Shown here piece by piece: positions 41,701 through 56,700 of a DNA stretch of 64,000 nucleotides (positions are counted from its first letter, which is position 1; each line of letters begins with the position of its first letter). This DNA comes from Octopus vulgaris. Its lineage: Eukaryota. The stretch is taken from assembly GCA_951406725.2 (NCBI GenBank), contig OX597815.1:106206001-106270000 (forward strand), read 5' to 3'. The translations under genes and the position numbers were made by a program. The notes under the pieces were generated by a model that searched no databases, was not told the DNA's origin, and was given only the letters and a program-made list of their open reading frames with translations.

Positions 41701-44700
41701 AAGTTTTATTGACCATCACAGAGAAAGTTGTCATGCTGATACCTGGTCAGAGGTCTACACAAAGTTGCAGAAAGTGTATGGAGAGGAGTGTATGAGCCAC
41801 ACGTAAATGTATAAGTGATCCAGATGTTTCCAAGATGGCTGAAAAAATGTCAATATTGATGAACATTCTTGAAAACCTACATCCAGCAAAACTGAGAAAG
41901 ACATTGCATATGTGCATGCAACTGTGAGGGGAAATCATTGAATCACCATCCATGAGTTATCAGAGGATGTGCAGATTAGTTACAGTTCAGTTCAGTTCAG
42001 TCCGTTATCACTGAAGATTTGTGTATGTGACACATGTTTGCCAAGTTTGTGCCAAAACTGCTTTCAGTTGACCAAAAAGACACTCGGGTTTCAGTTGCAC
42101 AAGATCTCCTTGATTGTGTCAAGAACGATGAAAACTTTTTTAATAACTTTGTGTAGACCTCTGAGCAGGTATCGCCAAGCTTTTGGCAAAATTTGATGCA
42201 AATTTCTCTGCTCAGCTTTCTCTATGGTTAATGTAATGATCACATGCTACACACCTTCCTTCCAAGCACTGCTGTAAACAGCAGAAGTGAGCTAGAATAT
42301 TAAAACTTAGTGTGCATGCACAGCAGCATTCAAGGTCAATCTGAAAAAAGCAGCTTCACTCTGCATGCTTTAGCTTCATTACTATGGCAACAGTCTGAAT
42401 ACTCATTGATCAGACCACATATATTCTTATATATCTGTCATATCAACAGTTTTGGTTCATTAATTTTCATGCTATGTATACAAGTGTAACTGTGTGTCTG
42501 TTTATCTTCATCACATATAAATTTTGTTGTTTTAGCATGCCAAAGACCACCTACAGTGGTCATCCACTCAGTTGAATCCAGATATTTTAAACATGAACTC
42601 TAGTACACATTGGCCATTGCTTCTGTACAATATTTGCATGTTGTATATGACCTTTCACTTACGAACAAACATGATTCACGGTTGGGTGAATGCAGACGAT
42701 GTTGAAAATATTAACTCTACAGACTTGCAAGTAAGTATTTTCTGTTGTTTTGTTAGAAATGATCATGAATTCTAGCTTCAACACAATTTCATAAATTTAT
42801 GAGGAGCTATTTGTTTTATTTAATTGATCAGTTTTTGACAGGTACTTATTCTTATTGCCCCACCCCACTGAAGGATGAAAAGCAAAAGTTACACTGGCAG
42901 ACTATCATCTTAAAATATAAAGTGATATAATCAAATATTACAACACATTTCATCTGAGGTTCTATTGTTTTTGTCATCTACTGCCCTTTTTACCAGAAAT
43001 AGAAATGATGATACTAATAGTCCTTTCTACTATAGGCACAAGGACTGAAATTTTAGGGGAGGGGACTACTAGTTGATTACATCAACCTCAGTGCTCAATT
43101 GGTAATTAATTTATTGATCCTGACAGGATGAAAAGCAAAGTGGACCACAGCAGAATTTTAACTCAGAACATAAAAATGGACAAAATGCCGCTAAGCTTAC
43201 CACCCTAAAGATGATACTAATAATAACAGTAACAATAATTGTTTCTAATTTAGACACAAGCTAGCAGCTTTTGAGAGGAGGTGTTTAGCCAATACCATCA
43301 ACCCTAGTACTTAACTGATACTCTATTTTATCAACCCAAGAGGGATGAAATGCAAAATTAAGTACAGCAGGATTTGAAGTCAGAACAAAAAGAGCTAGAG
43401 CAAATCTTACAAGGCATTTTTTACCAAGTGGATGTAAAAAAAAGTGAAGTTTAGTACAACAAAATTATTTTTAAAAATGGAGTATTCTATATAAAGGCAT
43501 GTTAACAAATTTCAAATCATATAAATAATAATATTAAATAAAACAATTAGAGCCAATTATACCCTGTTGAAAAGTTACCACCTAAGTTGAATCAAAGCAC
43601 CCCATGGCTCCAACTACCTTCCTTTCCTTTATAGGAATTTGGGATTTTCAAACGTGCCGACAAGCAGTCTTGAGTTATATGAGCTGTGAAGAGCTTACAT
43701 CCTCTGGTACATAACCTCTTAAATGTCCATAGATTACTGATGTACTCTTTACCAAAGGCTTATTTTTCAGGGTGGTGGTGGTGGTGGTTGTTCTACCAAG
43801 GCTAGAAGTTTGGTGGATGGGTTTGTTTAGTTTTTAGATGGTGTTTGTATCAGGGCTGTGGAATCACCTAAAGGTTAACTCCTTCAGAAGGCTGTAATAT
43901 CATTTGATAGGAACACGATACAAAGAAATACATAGAACAAGGCTGTAACTTTAAATACCTTTAATGTCGGCCTCACACACATATAAGCTGAATGATAAAT
44001 AGAAGGAGTTTGATGCGTGGAGGCCATGATCTTCTTCTGTGCATTACCTCATGTCTGCTAGTCGCCGTGTGTCATAAGAGAGCCAACTAGACCATGTCCT
44101 TGCTTTCCGACATCTAGATGCCAAAAGAGGAAGTCACAAGACCTCATATCAGAATCTCACCGCTCAAATGCCATCTAGCATGAGCTTGTTTAAACCTGCT
44201 GTCAAGGGAGGTAACTGCACCTACAAGTTAATTATATTTACCTCAATACTTGAGTGGTACTTTATCAACCCCACCACCAACTCCAGAAAACTGAAAGGCA
44301 AAGTTGACTTAATGGGATTTGAGTTCAGATCATATAGTGCTGAACGGATATTGAAATGATTCTGCCAAATCACAATAATACTACAATGGAATCACAGGAA
44401 ACAGTAGAATGGTAGGATAATTGATCACATGATTTACTTGTATAATGTGTCATTATTTAATACTATTTCTACCATCATCATTACTATGAATTCTGACATC
44501 CATTTCTCTCTATTCTAATTGATTGGATGGGATCTTCACTATAGGAGATTGCCTCTCATTTGAATCTTACACCTGTGGATCCTAGCAACCTGAGATATGA
44601 CATCACCACTTTTTGCCATATTTCCTTGGTCATGGATAACTACTGACATCATATGACACATCTTTCAGCCATCACTCAGTATCTATTTCCATCATGTATC

Positions 44701-47700
44701 TATATATTTGCATATTTTAAAGTTAATATTTACTGGACAGTGAAGTACTTTATTGAATGCATAACCTCAGATAGTTAAAATGGAAGTGGCTAAAGTCGTA
44801 TTTAGTTTGACTAATCCAACCAGTTTGTTCTAATAATATATCTTTGTTCTGGCAACATCTTTGGAAAAAATCTCTTTTTTCTTTTAAATCTAATTTTCAG
44901 GAAGCAATAAAATTTGCAGGATTTGACTTGAGAAGATTTTCAAAATTGGCCATTCCCAATGATACACAGATGCCTTGCCCTATTTCTTTGTCTGCAATCA
45001 GATATGTTTTTTCTGAGGTAATTATCATCAGCATAAATCGTTATCCTCATTATCATCCCTAGTGCACTCACTATTAACACCTTCAGCAATATCATCACCC
45101 CTAACATGATCGCTGTGTTCATTACTTTGACCACCACCATCTCTTTATCTCTGTTTCCATCATTATTCCATTTTTACATACCACTTTTTATTTAGACTGT
45201 TGTTTCACTTGTCTAGTGGCATTCTTTGCCCATTTCTAAACACACATTATACATGCATCCCCTAGCATGAGGCTGACCCCGACACACACACACACACACA
45301 CACACCTACTCCAGGGCTCATAGTCCTGCTGCAGACTGCATAGCAATCTGTTCAAGTGGCACAAAAGAAAACATTCAGTCCATGCTGTAAAGTGGTAGGT
45401 ATTAGGAAGGTCATCCAGCCATAAAAGCCATGCCAAAGCAAACATTGGAGCTCAATGTAGTCCCTTGGCACATCATTTCCTGTCAAACCATCCAGCCATG
45501 CCAACATGGAACATGGCTGTTAACTGATGATGTTGATGATGATATATACACTATATACACATACTATATATATACACATGATGTGAGCATGGGTTAGATG
45601 GGGACTATTTGAGGCTACATTTTATTACTGGCTGCCCTTTCATTCAACATCTACTTGCTTTCTAAATAAGAGATTTTTAATTCCACATGTATATTGTCTG
45701 TCTTTAATACCCACTACAGATAATATTTGGTCGTTATTTACAACATACAAGAGATCAGATCTGTTTAAAAGGAATGGTTGAATATCTCGTCTCAGCAAAT
45801 TCTCTCAAGAAGAACTTTGAATATAGCAAATGTAAGTAGGCTGATTTTAATATTTAACAACAAAAAAGGGATAAAATTATCATTTTCTTCAGGCTTTTAA
45901 TGTTATCTTTAAAGATGAATTTTGGATAAAATTATCACTTTTTCAGACTATTAATGTTGTCTTTAAAGAGGAATTTTTACACACACACACACACACACAC
46001 TTGCACATATATACACATACATATATTTCACCATGTTGGACCACTGAACTCTACACGTTTTTTGTTTTTTTTTTCTCTATTTATTTCCTCTTATTCCTTT
46101 CTGTTGCAGAGTGCAGGTTTGAAACGTAAAAGACTTTTCCATTTTTCCCAAGTGTCAAACTAATACACTTACTTGTTGTTCCTACACCTGTCTTCATCTA
46201 TTGTTTTTCTATAAATTTGAACTATATACATATATATATATACATACACCTACATACATACACACACACACATCCATCCATCTATCTATCTATCTGTTCT
46301 ACCTTTTAGTCAGTTTGATTTAAGCATCATTGGGTGTCTTTTTCTTGGATGTGTACTTAGTTCCAGACTGAATGCCAACTGAGAAACTTTATTTCTAAAC
46401 TATTTACAATCCCAGTATGTCAAACTAACACATAAAAGGCCCGATATGGCAAACACAAATTTGCATAATCTTATTTAGGCCTTTCACAAGTACTGCATTT
46501 GACCAGCACAAAGAAACAATAATGATAATGTAGACTGACAAAGAAGGACTGCGTATGTAACAGATACACAAGAATAGTTCGTAAGTAAAGTACCCAAGAA
46601 GTTCCATCAGTTTGCTGGTTGTTCATGTTATGTAAGATTATAAGACCAGCATCATAGTATAACCCACTCTGTAAAAGATTGAATTTAGTGTAGAGTAGGT
46701 GTGAAATAAATAATTTACATATCTGATCTCAAGCTATATTTTATCTCAACCAAAAGGAGAAATGCTACTTTTTTATTCTTAGATGTTATCAATGGGCAAT
46801 AGAGATTTTCTTGCACTTTTACAATTTTAATATTGGATTCACTAATGCATATGAAGGGTGAATACTACTACAGCATTAAAATTTTGATATTGGCAGAGAA
46901 TTGGGGATTGTGCAAAAGTCTATAATCAGCATACCAATCTCTGCAAATTATGTATTTTGGAATAATGTATTCCATAGTGTATATGTCTTTGTGTAGGTAT
47001 ATACATATATGCATGCATGAACATGCACACACAAACACGTACACACATATGCATGCACACACACACAATAGAAACTTGGAATTCATTTCATTTTGCAGGC
47101 ATAAACTGGCATTTCTATTCAAGAATTACAATACTCCATTGTTAATTATGTGTGAAAATTCTATAGTTATTCCAATTAATTCTTATCATTGTACATTTAT
47201 ACTTCAATAGTTTTCTATAACTGAGTTTCCATGTTTTTAAGTCTTGGTTTAATGTTTTACAAATTTCATTCATATAACTTTTTATATCAAGTTATACAAT
47301 CATTCTAAAACTTGTTTATGGTTTCTTTCCTTTTCTTGTTTTACTTTCTCTTTATTTTTCTTACATCTTTTCCACTCATATCATTCATATAAGTTTGCTT
47401 TGAATCAGTGTATGATCATACTTTCTCTCCACCTCCTTTTTTTTCCTTATTTTCTTTTGTATTATATTTCATTTACATTTTAAGAATTGATATAATTTTG
47501 TTTTGTCTTTTAATTAATATATTATATGATCATTATAAACCTCATTTGTTTTTCTATCCCCCTTCCCTTCTATTTTCAGACATATCAACAGTATGTTAAA
47601 TCATATACATATATAAATGTATATTTTTTTCAACTCCTTATCTACCTGAATAACTAAAAGAGTAAAGTTGTTGTAGGAAAATTTTAGCTTCATTTAAATA

Positions 47701-50700
47701 TTATATCACTCTCCTTTTTGTGTTGAGTACTTTTCTCAAATTCATATACATTTGCCTATGATTGTGTGTGTGTGTGTGTGTATTCTTCTGTCATTTCCTT
47801 TATTTCTCCTACTATTTATTGTCAACCTATTTCTATCCTCAGTGAAATACTCAGGTCTGACAGCTTTATATAATAGTCCCAGGAATTTGGCAAACCTTCA
47901 GCAAGAACTGGGCAAAATACCAAACCAATTTCTCGCTTCACCACAAATGTGCCACTTACATAAGTACCAAGAGGTACAGTTATTTATCTCTTGAATATTT
48001 CAATTACTAATGATTGGTCAAATGACTGATTTGGTGTGATGAATTTAACACTTCACTGAAGTATTAAACTTCAGTTAAGTATTAAACTGCAGCTGATATA
48101 ATTGATTTTTGCCTGTAGCTTTACAGAGTAAGATGTATAAATATAAATAGCTTCTCTTAAAAACATCTCACTGGTCATGCATATCTAAAAAAAACTATTA
48201 TTTGTGCTTCTGTTGTTGACTATCCTCAACTCAGCAACAATTGTTGTTATGAAGCCCTGTAATAGTTATTCATTCCTGTTAATGGTATAGTTGTTAAGTT
48301 CCAGATTAATCATGATTCACTAGGCCTTTGACCAAAGGTGTTCCATCTGTTGACTGTATTCAACCATAGTATACTTAATACTGCATTTATTAATGAGTTC
48401 TTTTTTTTTTTAACTGTAGGATGTGATCCGAGATGTGTTGTAAATTTTAAAGTTGCTACTAAATGTTTACCATTTTTAGAAAGAATGTTTTGTAATGATT
48501 GCATCATATTTTCTTTAGGCATTACCAAAAAATGAAGAATATGTTCTGAAACAACTTGATATGTTGCTAACTTCTCTACCACCAAAAACATCCTATATAC
48601 ATTCACAAACCTCACACATGGCTTCAGTTGGTATGTACCAAATTAAAATCATGACACTAGATTTAGTTTAATACCCTGTAATTTAACTAGATTTATAATT
48701 TCCAGTGTGTATTCAATACAGAAATATTATCCACTTCTGTTTTATAAACAACAAAATAATTTTGATATTTTCACTTCTTATTTCATATGTATAGCAAAAC
48801 TAGACATTCTGATTATTGATTCATATCAAAGTTCATCCACTTCTGGGTATGTTACTGTAATTTTGTGTTAGTCTTAACAGGATCTAGAGCTGTGCAGGCT
48901 GTCTCCAATGGAGAATATTAAAAGAGGTGATCCCTAGTGTGCAGTTTTGCATTTTGAGACTGTACATTGGGTTTGTACATTCTTAGTGCAACTTTTAAAC
49001 ATCCAAATTTTATACAAAGTCCAGATATTTTCATTTTTCCCTGAATTTATTGACTTCTGTTGGGGTAAACTATTGTTTGATGGGAATTTCCATTATTTTG
49101 GAGAAAGCCTTCGACAGGGTCCCCCGATCCCTTATCTGGTGGGCAATGAGAAAACTAGGGATAGATGAATGGTTAGTGAGAGCTGTGCGGGCCATGTATA
49201 GGGACGCCGCTAGTGAAAGGCAGACTGTATGATGCGTGTGTACGAACAGCCATGCTACATGGCAGTAAAACATGGGCCGTGACTGCTGAGGATATGCGTA
49301 AGCTCGCTAGAAATGAAGCCAGTATGCTCCGATGGATGTGTAATGCCAGTACTCACACTCGGCAGAGTGTAAGTACCTTGAGAGAAAAGCTGGACCTAAG
49401 AAGCATCAGTTGTGGTGTGCAAGAGAGACGTTTGCGCTGGTATGGTCATGTGGCGAGAATGGAGGAAGATAGTTGTGTGAAAAAGTGCCACACCCTAGCG
49501 GTTGAGGGAACCTGTGGAAGAGGCAGACCCAGGAAAACCTGGGACGAGGTGGTGAAGCACGACCTTCGAACTTTAGGTCTCACTGAGGAAATGACTAGAG
49601 ACCGAGACCTCTGGAAGTGTGCTGTGCACGAGAAGACCCGGCAGGACAAGTGAGTCCACAACCCGTGGCCTTCTACATGGGATGGAGCCAGCCTACGTAT
49701 GCATACCTTCCCTTCTTGGGACACAAAACTCTACTTGTGAAGACGTGTTGAGGCAAGTGAGGATCAGAATCGAAATCGATCAATGGAAATTGCGGATGTG
49801 CTACCGGTGCCGGTGGCATGTCGAAACTCTGCTTGTGAAGACCCATTGAGGCAAGTGAGGATCAGAATCGAAATCGATCAATGGAAATCGATCAATGGAA
49901 ATTGCAGATGTGTTACCAGTGCCGGTGGCATGTAAGAGAACTTTCCGTTTCGCGACCGTTGCCAGCACCGCCCCGTTTCGTGTCCGTTGCCAGCCTCGCC
50001 TGGCCCTCGTGCCGGTGGCACATAAAAAGCACCATCCGTTCGTGGCCGTTTGCCAGCTCTGTCTGGCACCAGTGCGGGTGGCACGTAAAAAGCACCCACT
50101 ACACTCACGGAGTGGTTGGCGTTAGGAAGGGCATCCAGCCGTAGAAACACTGCCAGATTTGACTGGGCCTGATGAAGCCTTCTGGCTTCACAGAACCAGC
50201 AGAACCGTCCAACCCATGCTAGCATGGAAAACGGACGCTAAATGATGATGATGATGATGATGATGATAGCAACTTGGCAAGTCTCTTCTTCCACATTGTA
50301 AAGCCAGGTTTCAGTGATGTGTTCTCTAATTTAGTGTTACTAGTCAGATTGCATTTGTGTCAGGTTTCATTAACATAGTCTTTACTGAATTGATTAATTA
50401 GTGACTAAGGAAGAAATTCTTACATGGAACTATCTAATATGATCCATGAGAAAGTATTGTAAATAAATCCTGTGCCAATGCCACACAAAAAGCACTTGTG
50501 CTGGTGCCATGTAAACTGCACTGATGCTGGTGGCACATTAAAAGCATCCAGCACACACTGTAAAGTAGTTGGCAATAGGAAGGACATCCAGCTATAGAAA
50601 CCAAGCCAAATCAGACTGGAACCTGGTGCAACTCTCCAGCTTGTCATCTCTGGTCAAACCATCCAATCCATGCCAGCATGATGATGACAATGAAATCCAA

Positions 50701-53700
50701 ATATATATTTCACGATAAATGAAGAAATAAAGATAATTTGCTGTATATCCCACAACTGAAATATTATTATTGTACGGATGAAATATATATATTTGGATAG
50801 TAGGCTTCATCATTTCTGCTTTGTTAAATAAGTATTAATATTTTTAATTTGCTTTGTTAAATAAGTATTAATACTTTTAATTGCCATGACCAATACTGTA
50901 GAGAAGTGAAAAGCTGCTGGCAACACTCAACCTTTGACATGATTTTGCTCCCTAGCTGAAGCTAATTATTTTCAGTTATATTAATAATATGTTTGAGAAA
51001 CGTATGAACACAATTTTATTTTTCATTCTGTATAAAAAAATAAAAATCAAGAGAAACTCTTTCTATATTTCTTTCTTAAAAATATTCCTATTTATAATCA
51101 GATGGAACAACTTCAGTACCACAGGTGATAAAATATTGTCCAGAACAGCAAATTCAAAACTGGAGATCCTGTATTGAAATGTGGCGATTATGTGTGACAT
51201 TGATAACCAAACTACCCAGAATCCTTTCAAAGGTAAGTTCTATCACCAAACTTTGGATATTTTTGTTGATCAGAAAACTAAAATTATCTTTGTGCAGGGA
51301 ATTCAGAAAATAGTTTTTATTTCTGCAGCTGAGATATTTGATACCTGTCACCTACAAAAACAGAAAACCATTTTTCTTCCTCACTAAAAGCACAAACAGT
51401 AGTTAGGGAAGGCTTGACATTAAATTAACTGTTTAAATATCATAAGTATGGGTACAAGTGAATTCAAAAGTTCAATCTTTGATAACATGATAGTGCTAGT
51501 TAAGAAACAAATCTGTATTGCTTCTGATGAAACTTGCTTAGCATACCTACCTCTCCTACTTCCATTATTTTATTATGTCTCCACTATGTCCTGCAATAAG
51601 CATTTCATCTTATCCTTCACCCACTGAACTGCATAGGTCATAAAGTTATTTTCCCCTCAGCTTATTTTCTTCCAACTACCAACATGTCAGAGACTCAATT
51701 CAACATCAGCCATTCCAATCTCCCCCAAACCTACTCTTCTTCTTTAGTATAAATTGTTTATTGAAAATTCTCCAGTCAGTTACATAGTCTGGTATTAGAC
51801 GTTTCATATACAGCAAATAATGATAAGGTAGGTTGGTAGTTTCCTTACATGTCACACTGTTACAGTATGCACTGTTGGTGTAAATTGGAAGTTTCCTTTC
51901 AGGCCTCTCATCATCGTCATCATTATCATCATCAATTAACGTCCATTTTCCATGCTGGCATGAGTTGGACTGTTTGACTGAGGTCTGGAGAGCCAGTGAC
52001 TGCACCAGGCTCCAATTTGATCTGGCAATGTTTCTACAGCTGGATGCCCTTCCAAATGCAAATCACTCCGAGAGTGTAACAGGTGCTTTTTACGTGCCAC
52101 TGGCACAGGAGCCAGTTAGGCAGGCCTGGCATCGATCACATAACAATATATATTGTTAGGATGGGTTGGCATTTCAGGCTATTCCATTACAGAACTGATA
52201 GGGTGAATTGGCTTTTTCCAGGTAATTACAATACAGTATGTATTTATGGGGCAGATTAAAACTTTCCTTTTAGGACACTCCATTGCAACATGTGTTGATG
52301 GTGCTTTCTCAGAAACACTTTGTATTCCATTGAGCTTCATGATTCAGTTATGACTTCCTCATATAGAGAATTTTCTCATTATCATTTCTAAATAACTCAC
52401 TCCTGTACAGGATTACCAGACACCAAGCACAGTCAGCTAGACAATTCACATCTGATATATGCTATTTCCATGAACGAAAATTTTGAAATATCATCCAATG
52501 GAAACCTAACAACCTGGTCTATTATCTATGCACATCAATTTAACATAACACCGCATACACTCCTTACTTTTCAATAACTCACAATTAAAACCTAATCAAA
52601 CTATACAAATGCTAGGCCTCACAATCTCCGATGACTTATCGTGGTGGCCATGTATGACCCACTTCCCAAGGACTGGGATAAATGAAACTTGACATAATTA
52701 TTAGTCCTTCTCTACATAGCCACCACCAATGGTGACACACTTCTCCCATTGCTTTATGCAGCTGTGAAAACCTCATCTGTAGTAGTCGCTAGATTGTGTC
52801 TAGAGCCAATGGAAATAAGTTCATCATCATCCAAAAAGTGCTTCTCCTTTAAAAAAGACTTCATGGTTGGAAAGCGGTGGAAGTCAGATGGTGTGAAGTC
52901 AGGAGAGTAAGGGGGATGAGAAAGGATTTCATAGCTGCAGGAGTATTTTCATCTGGGCAATATGTGCATTGTGAACTAGGCCGTTGTCTTGGAGGAGGCA
53001 GACTCCTTTGGTCAGTATGCCATGCCTCTCTGCTTTGATGGCATCCCGCAATTTCTGCAGCAGAGGATCATAATATGCCCTGTTAATTGTGGTGCCCTTT
53101 GCCAGAAAATCCATGATCACTACTCTACTCTGGTCCCAAAAGACTGAAGCACCAGCTTGCCTGCTGAGGGTTGGACATGAGCCTTCTTTGGAAGTGGTGA
53201 GTTATGCTTTCATTGCTTCAGTGAGACTTTGGTCTGAAGATCATAGTGATGTACCCATGTTTCATCCTGTGTGATAAGCCTGCCGAAAAAGTCCTCCTCA
53301 TTTTTTGGCACATTGCCAAAAGAGCCTGGGAGCAATTAACTCATTCCTGCTTCTGAAAAGATATGAGCATCCAGGGAATCCATCATGCAGACAACTTCCA
53401 CATGTGCAAATGGTCATGAATGATTTTTTTCCACAGACCCTACTTTTATCTTCCCTTCTTGGGCTAGTTGCTGAATAGTTATGTGGCAATCCGCCAAAAT
53501 GGCAGCTTCCACTTTATGGATAGTGTCATCATCAATTGCAGAATATGGTCATCCAGGAATAGGAGTGGTTTCTACTGATATCCAACCACATTTGAACTGG
53601 CGATGCCAATGCTTGACTATGTCGTATGATGGTGCATCATCACTATAAACTTCTTTCATCTCATCAAAAATCTCTTTTGGTGTACAACCTTTCAAGTATA

Positions 53701-56700
53701 AGAACCTGATCACTGATCTACATTTAACTCCCTCCATTATAACACCTTAGTCCGCTTCAGCAGCCATAAAAGACAAACGAGTACTAATGGAAAGCTGCAA
53801 TTTACAATGTGACATGTAGAGACATGTATGATTATACCCGTACAAGTTCCGTTTCCTGCAATAACCAGAAGTGGGTCAGGGGAAATCTTTAATGAACATC
53901 TCTCATATCTGTCACATTGTTAAAGGTGTATCTTAAAGACTAAGCCTCCTCATTAGGGCTAGAAACTATTTCATTTGTGAGTAGTTAGTTTCTGATGCAA
54001 CTATATAAAGTTTCACCCATATTGAAGTACTGCTCATATATGTGGAGTTGAACAGCTGCTACATATGAAACCATTCTGAACAATATTTTTTTAAAATGGG
54101 TCACCTAACTTTTGATAAACTTTCACCCACCAACACACGTCACTCACAAACACACTGATGTGATATGTCCTCTCTCAGTAACTTCTATCAGTACTTCTAT
54201 ACTTCATGTTTTTCTGACCTGTCAAGCTGCACATCTCACTAACCAAAATTGGCTGGTCCATTCAATTCTCTTCCACTGGGTCTCACCCTCAGAATTCCAT
54301 GCTAAATTCTGTCGTTTAATCCACACTCCCAACAATGACAATTCTCTGGAACCCCGTCCTTGCCAATATTTTATGACAAATATCCAGCTCCAAAAGTCCA
54401 TCAACCTCAATAACCTCACCACCAAACTGGGAGTATCCTGAAAAGATGTAGGTACTGCTGCTGCTCCTCCTCCCCTTAACATCACCTAACTTTACTTTTT
54501 CTTTATTTTCAGGAATATCTTCTAAGCAGAATGTCTAAACTTGGTGGCACCACAGTCTATAACAAGTTTATTCTGGAAGAAATATTTCTTCTCCATAAAA
54601 TAGTTAATGAAGTAAAGACATCAGTCCAGGTTTGAATATTTATTGACTCATTAAGTAAAACATGTATAATAATAATAATAATGATGATGATGGTGATAGA
54701 TAATGATTTAAATTCTTTGTTAATACAAGTGTTCACTCACTCGGGCTCATTGGTCAAAACACTACAACTACTGTTTTCACAGATTTATTGTTTATTTTCC
54801 CTGCCTTTTTTTACTGGTACATAATAACTTCTGAGCTTTGTGAATCAGCAACACTTCACTTCTCCCACACTTGTTTGATACAACCAAATGTCTTCCTTTT
54901 GTCATCTCTGCTCTCTTTCATACCTATATTAAAGCCTGCACTCAACACTTTTACCCAACCCTTTTTTCTAATGAACTGAAACTCTTTAGAACTACTTTCC
55001 ATACAAGACATTCATTAAAAGTTCAAACTAAACATCAATCAAGAACACTTATTTTGCTCACATTCCTCCTAAATAAAGCCAAAAAATAAAATCAGCATAG
55101 AAATCTTCTTGGTTTAAATCATAAACCATTGTTGATTACACATAAAGCCAGTATTGTAAGGAAACTGTATTGTTGCTTTAATCAACTCCAACATTTTACT
55201 GATATTTATTTTATAACCTGTGAGTGATTAAAGTAAAGATAAACCCAACAGTCTTCAATTCCCTCTAGTGACCACTAAACTAATTACTGTAAATACTCCA
55301 TACATTAAGTATATTAACACAAGCTTAACTAGTGTTCATACTGATGGCATTTCTGAATTATTTATCATCTAAACAATTCTATTTTCCTATGCCAACCAAT
55401 CTACATTTAACTAGTAATTCTGTTAACACTACATCAGTAAGTATGATGACATCTTTGTTTTGTGAATGAGGTCAGAATATAAGAGAAACATGTCCAGAGT
55501 TGTTTATTTGCTGAGACATTGAAAATAATATTAGTTGTTGATAATATTGTTTTTTGTTGTTTTTTCCTCACACAATTATTTTGTAATTAGCTTTTTAATT
55601 CTTTAAGCAATTTTGTTAATGCTAACATACTACCTTTTAATTATGTGAATGCATACTTATGAAATGCTATTCTTTCCTATTAAACATATTAACACTAACT
55701 TGAATATTGTATATTCTTCTGTATCCGTGTCATGAAAAATGATAAGTTTATTAATTACAGAGAATGGCATATACATTCAAATGAATTATATTCTTACTTT
55801 TGAAAATATTTTCTATACCAAATAATATTCTATGTCGTCATCGTCATCATTTACATGTTAGCATAGGTTGGACACATCAACAGGACCTAATGAGTTGAAG
55901 AACTGTGTCATGTTCTAATGTCTGTTTTGGCATGGTTTTTACAGCCGGATGTCTTTCTTATGCCAACCATTTTATAGAGCATATTGAGTGCTTTTTTTTT
56001 ATTAATGAAACAAACACTAATGATGTTGCCTCGTATATATATAGAGAGAGAGGTGGGAGAGAAAGAGAAGTGATAAAGTAAACAATAAAGATTTTCAGTT
56101 ATAAATAAGCATTAAATTAAATCAGACACTTCACAAGTACAAACCTAAGATGTTAAAAATGTACATGGAACCAGCCTGGTTCTATGTGTCTTTTTTCTAG
56201 CTGAGGTTCTCATGTTGTGAACAACAACTAAGAGTTCAGTAAGATAAAGCATTAAGATTGACATATGTTTCTGGCCTTTTTTAAACTCATTGTGTGTTTT
56301 GTGGAATTATTTCTATTTGACATCCATTGACAGTGGCACTTGTGCATATTGTCCAAAAGAGAAAAGATGTTTGGATCATTTGAGTCAAACCAGTCTTAGT
56401 GTTTCCTATTAACACACCCAAGTGTTTCACAAGATGACTCAAATACAGCATTTTTAAAAGCCAACTATGCTGATTCAATATCTGTGTTGTCAAATTTGTT
56501 GTCACAAGTTGTTTGAAATGATGTAAAATTGTCATTGTTCCTCAGCTTTGTCACATTCACTTTTCGAATTGGTCAAGTGTGATTACTATGAATTGGACTG
56601 CGGATAATAAAATTCACCTTTGACTGTATCAGCCTATGGTCAGACCAGCACTCCCCAACGGAGAAAGAACGTGTTACTTGGACATCTTCCTTCATGAAAG

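Noticed and set aside
48420-48518. Upstream alternative acceptor for exon 22
   Set aside because: In the required phase 0 it reaches a TAA after 7 codons
50818-50882. Short tandem duplications (also at about 45870-45975, 41045-41150 and 63944-63985)
   Set aside because: Ordinary local slippage duplications with no sign of function
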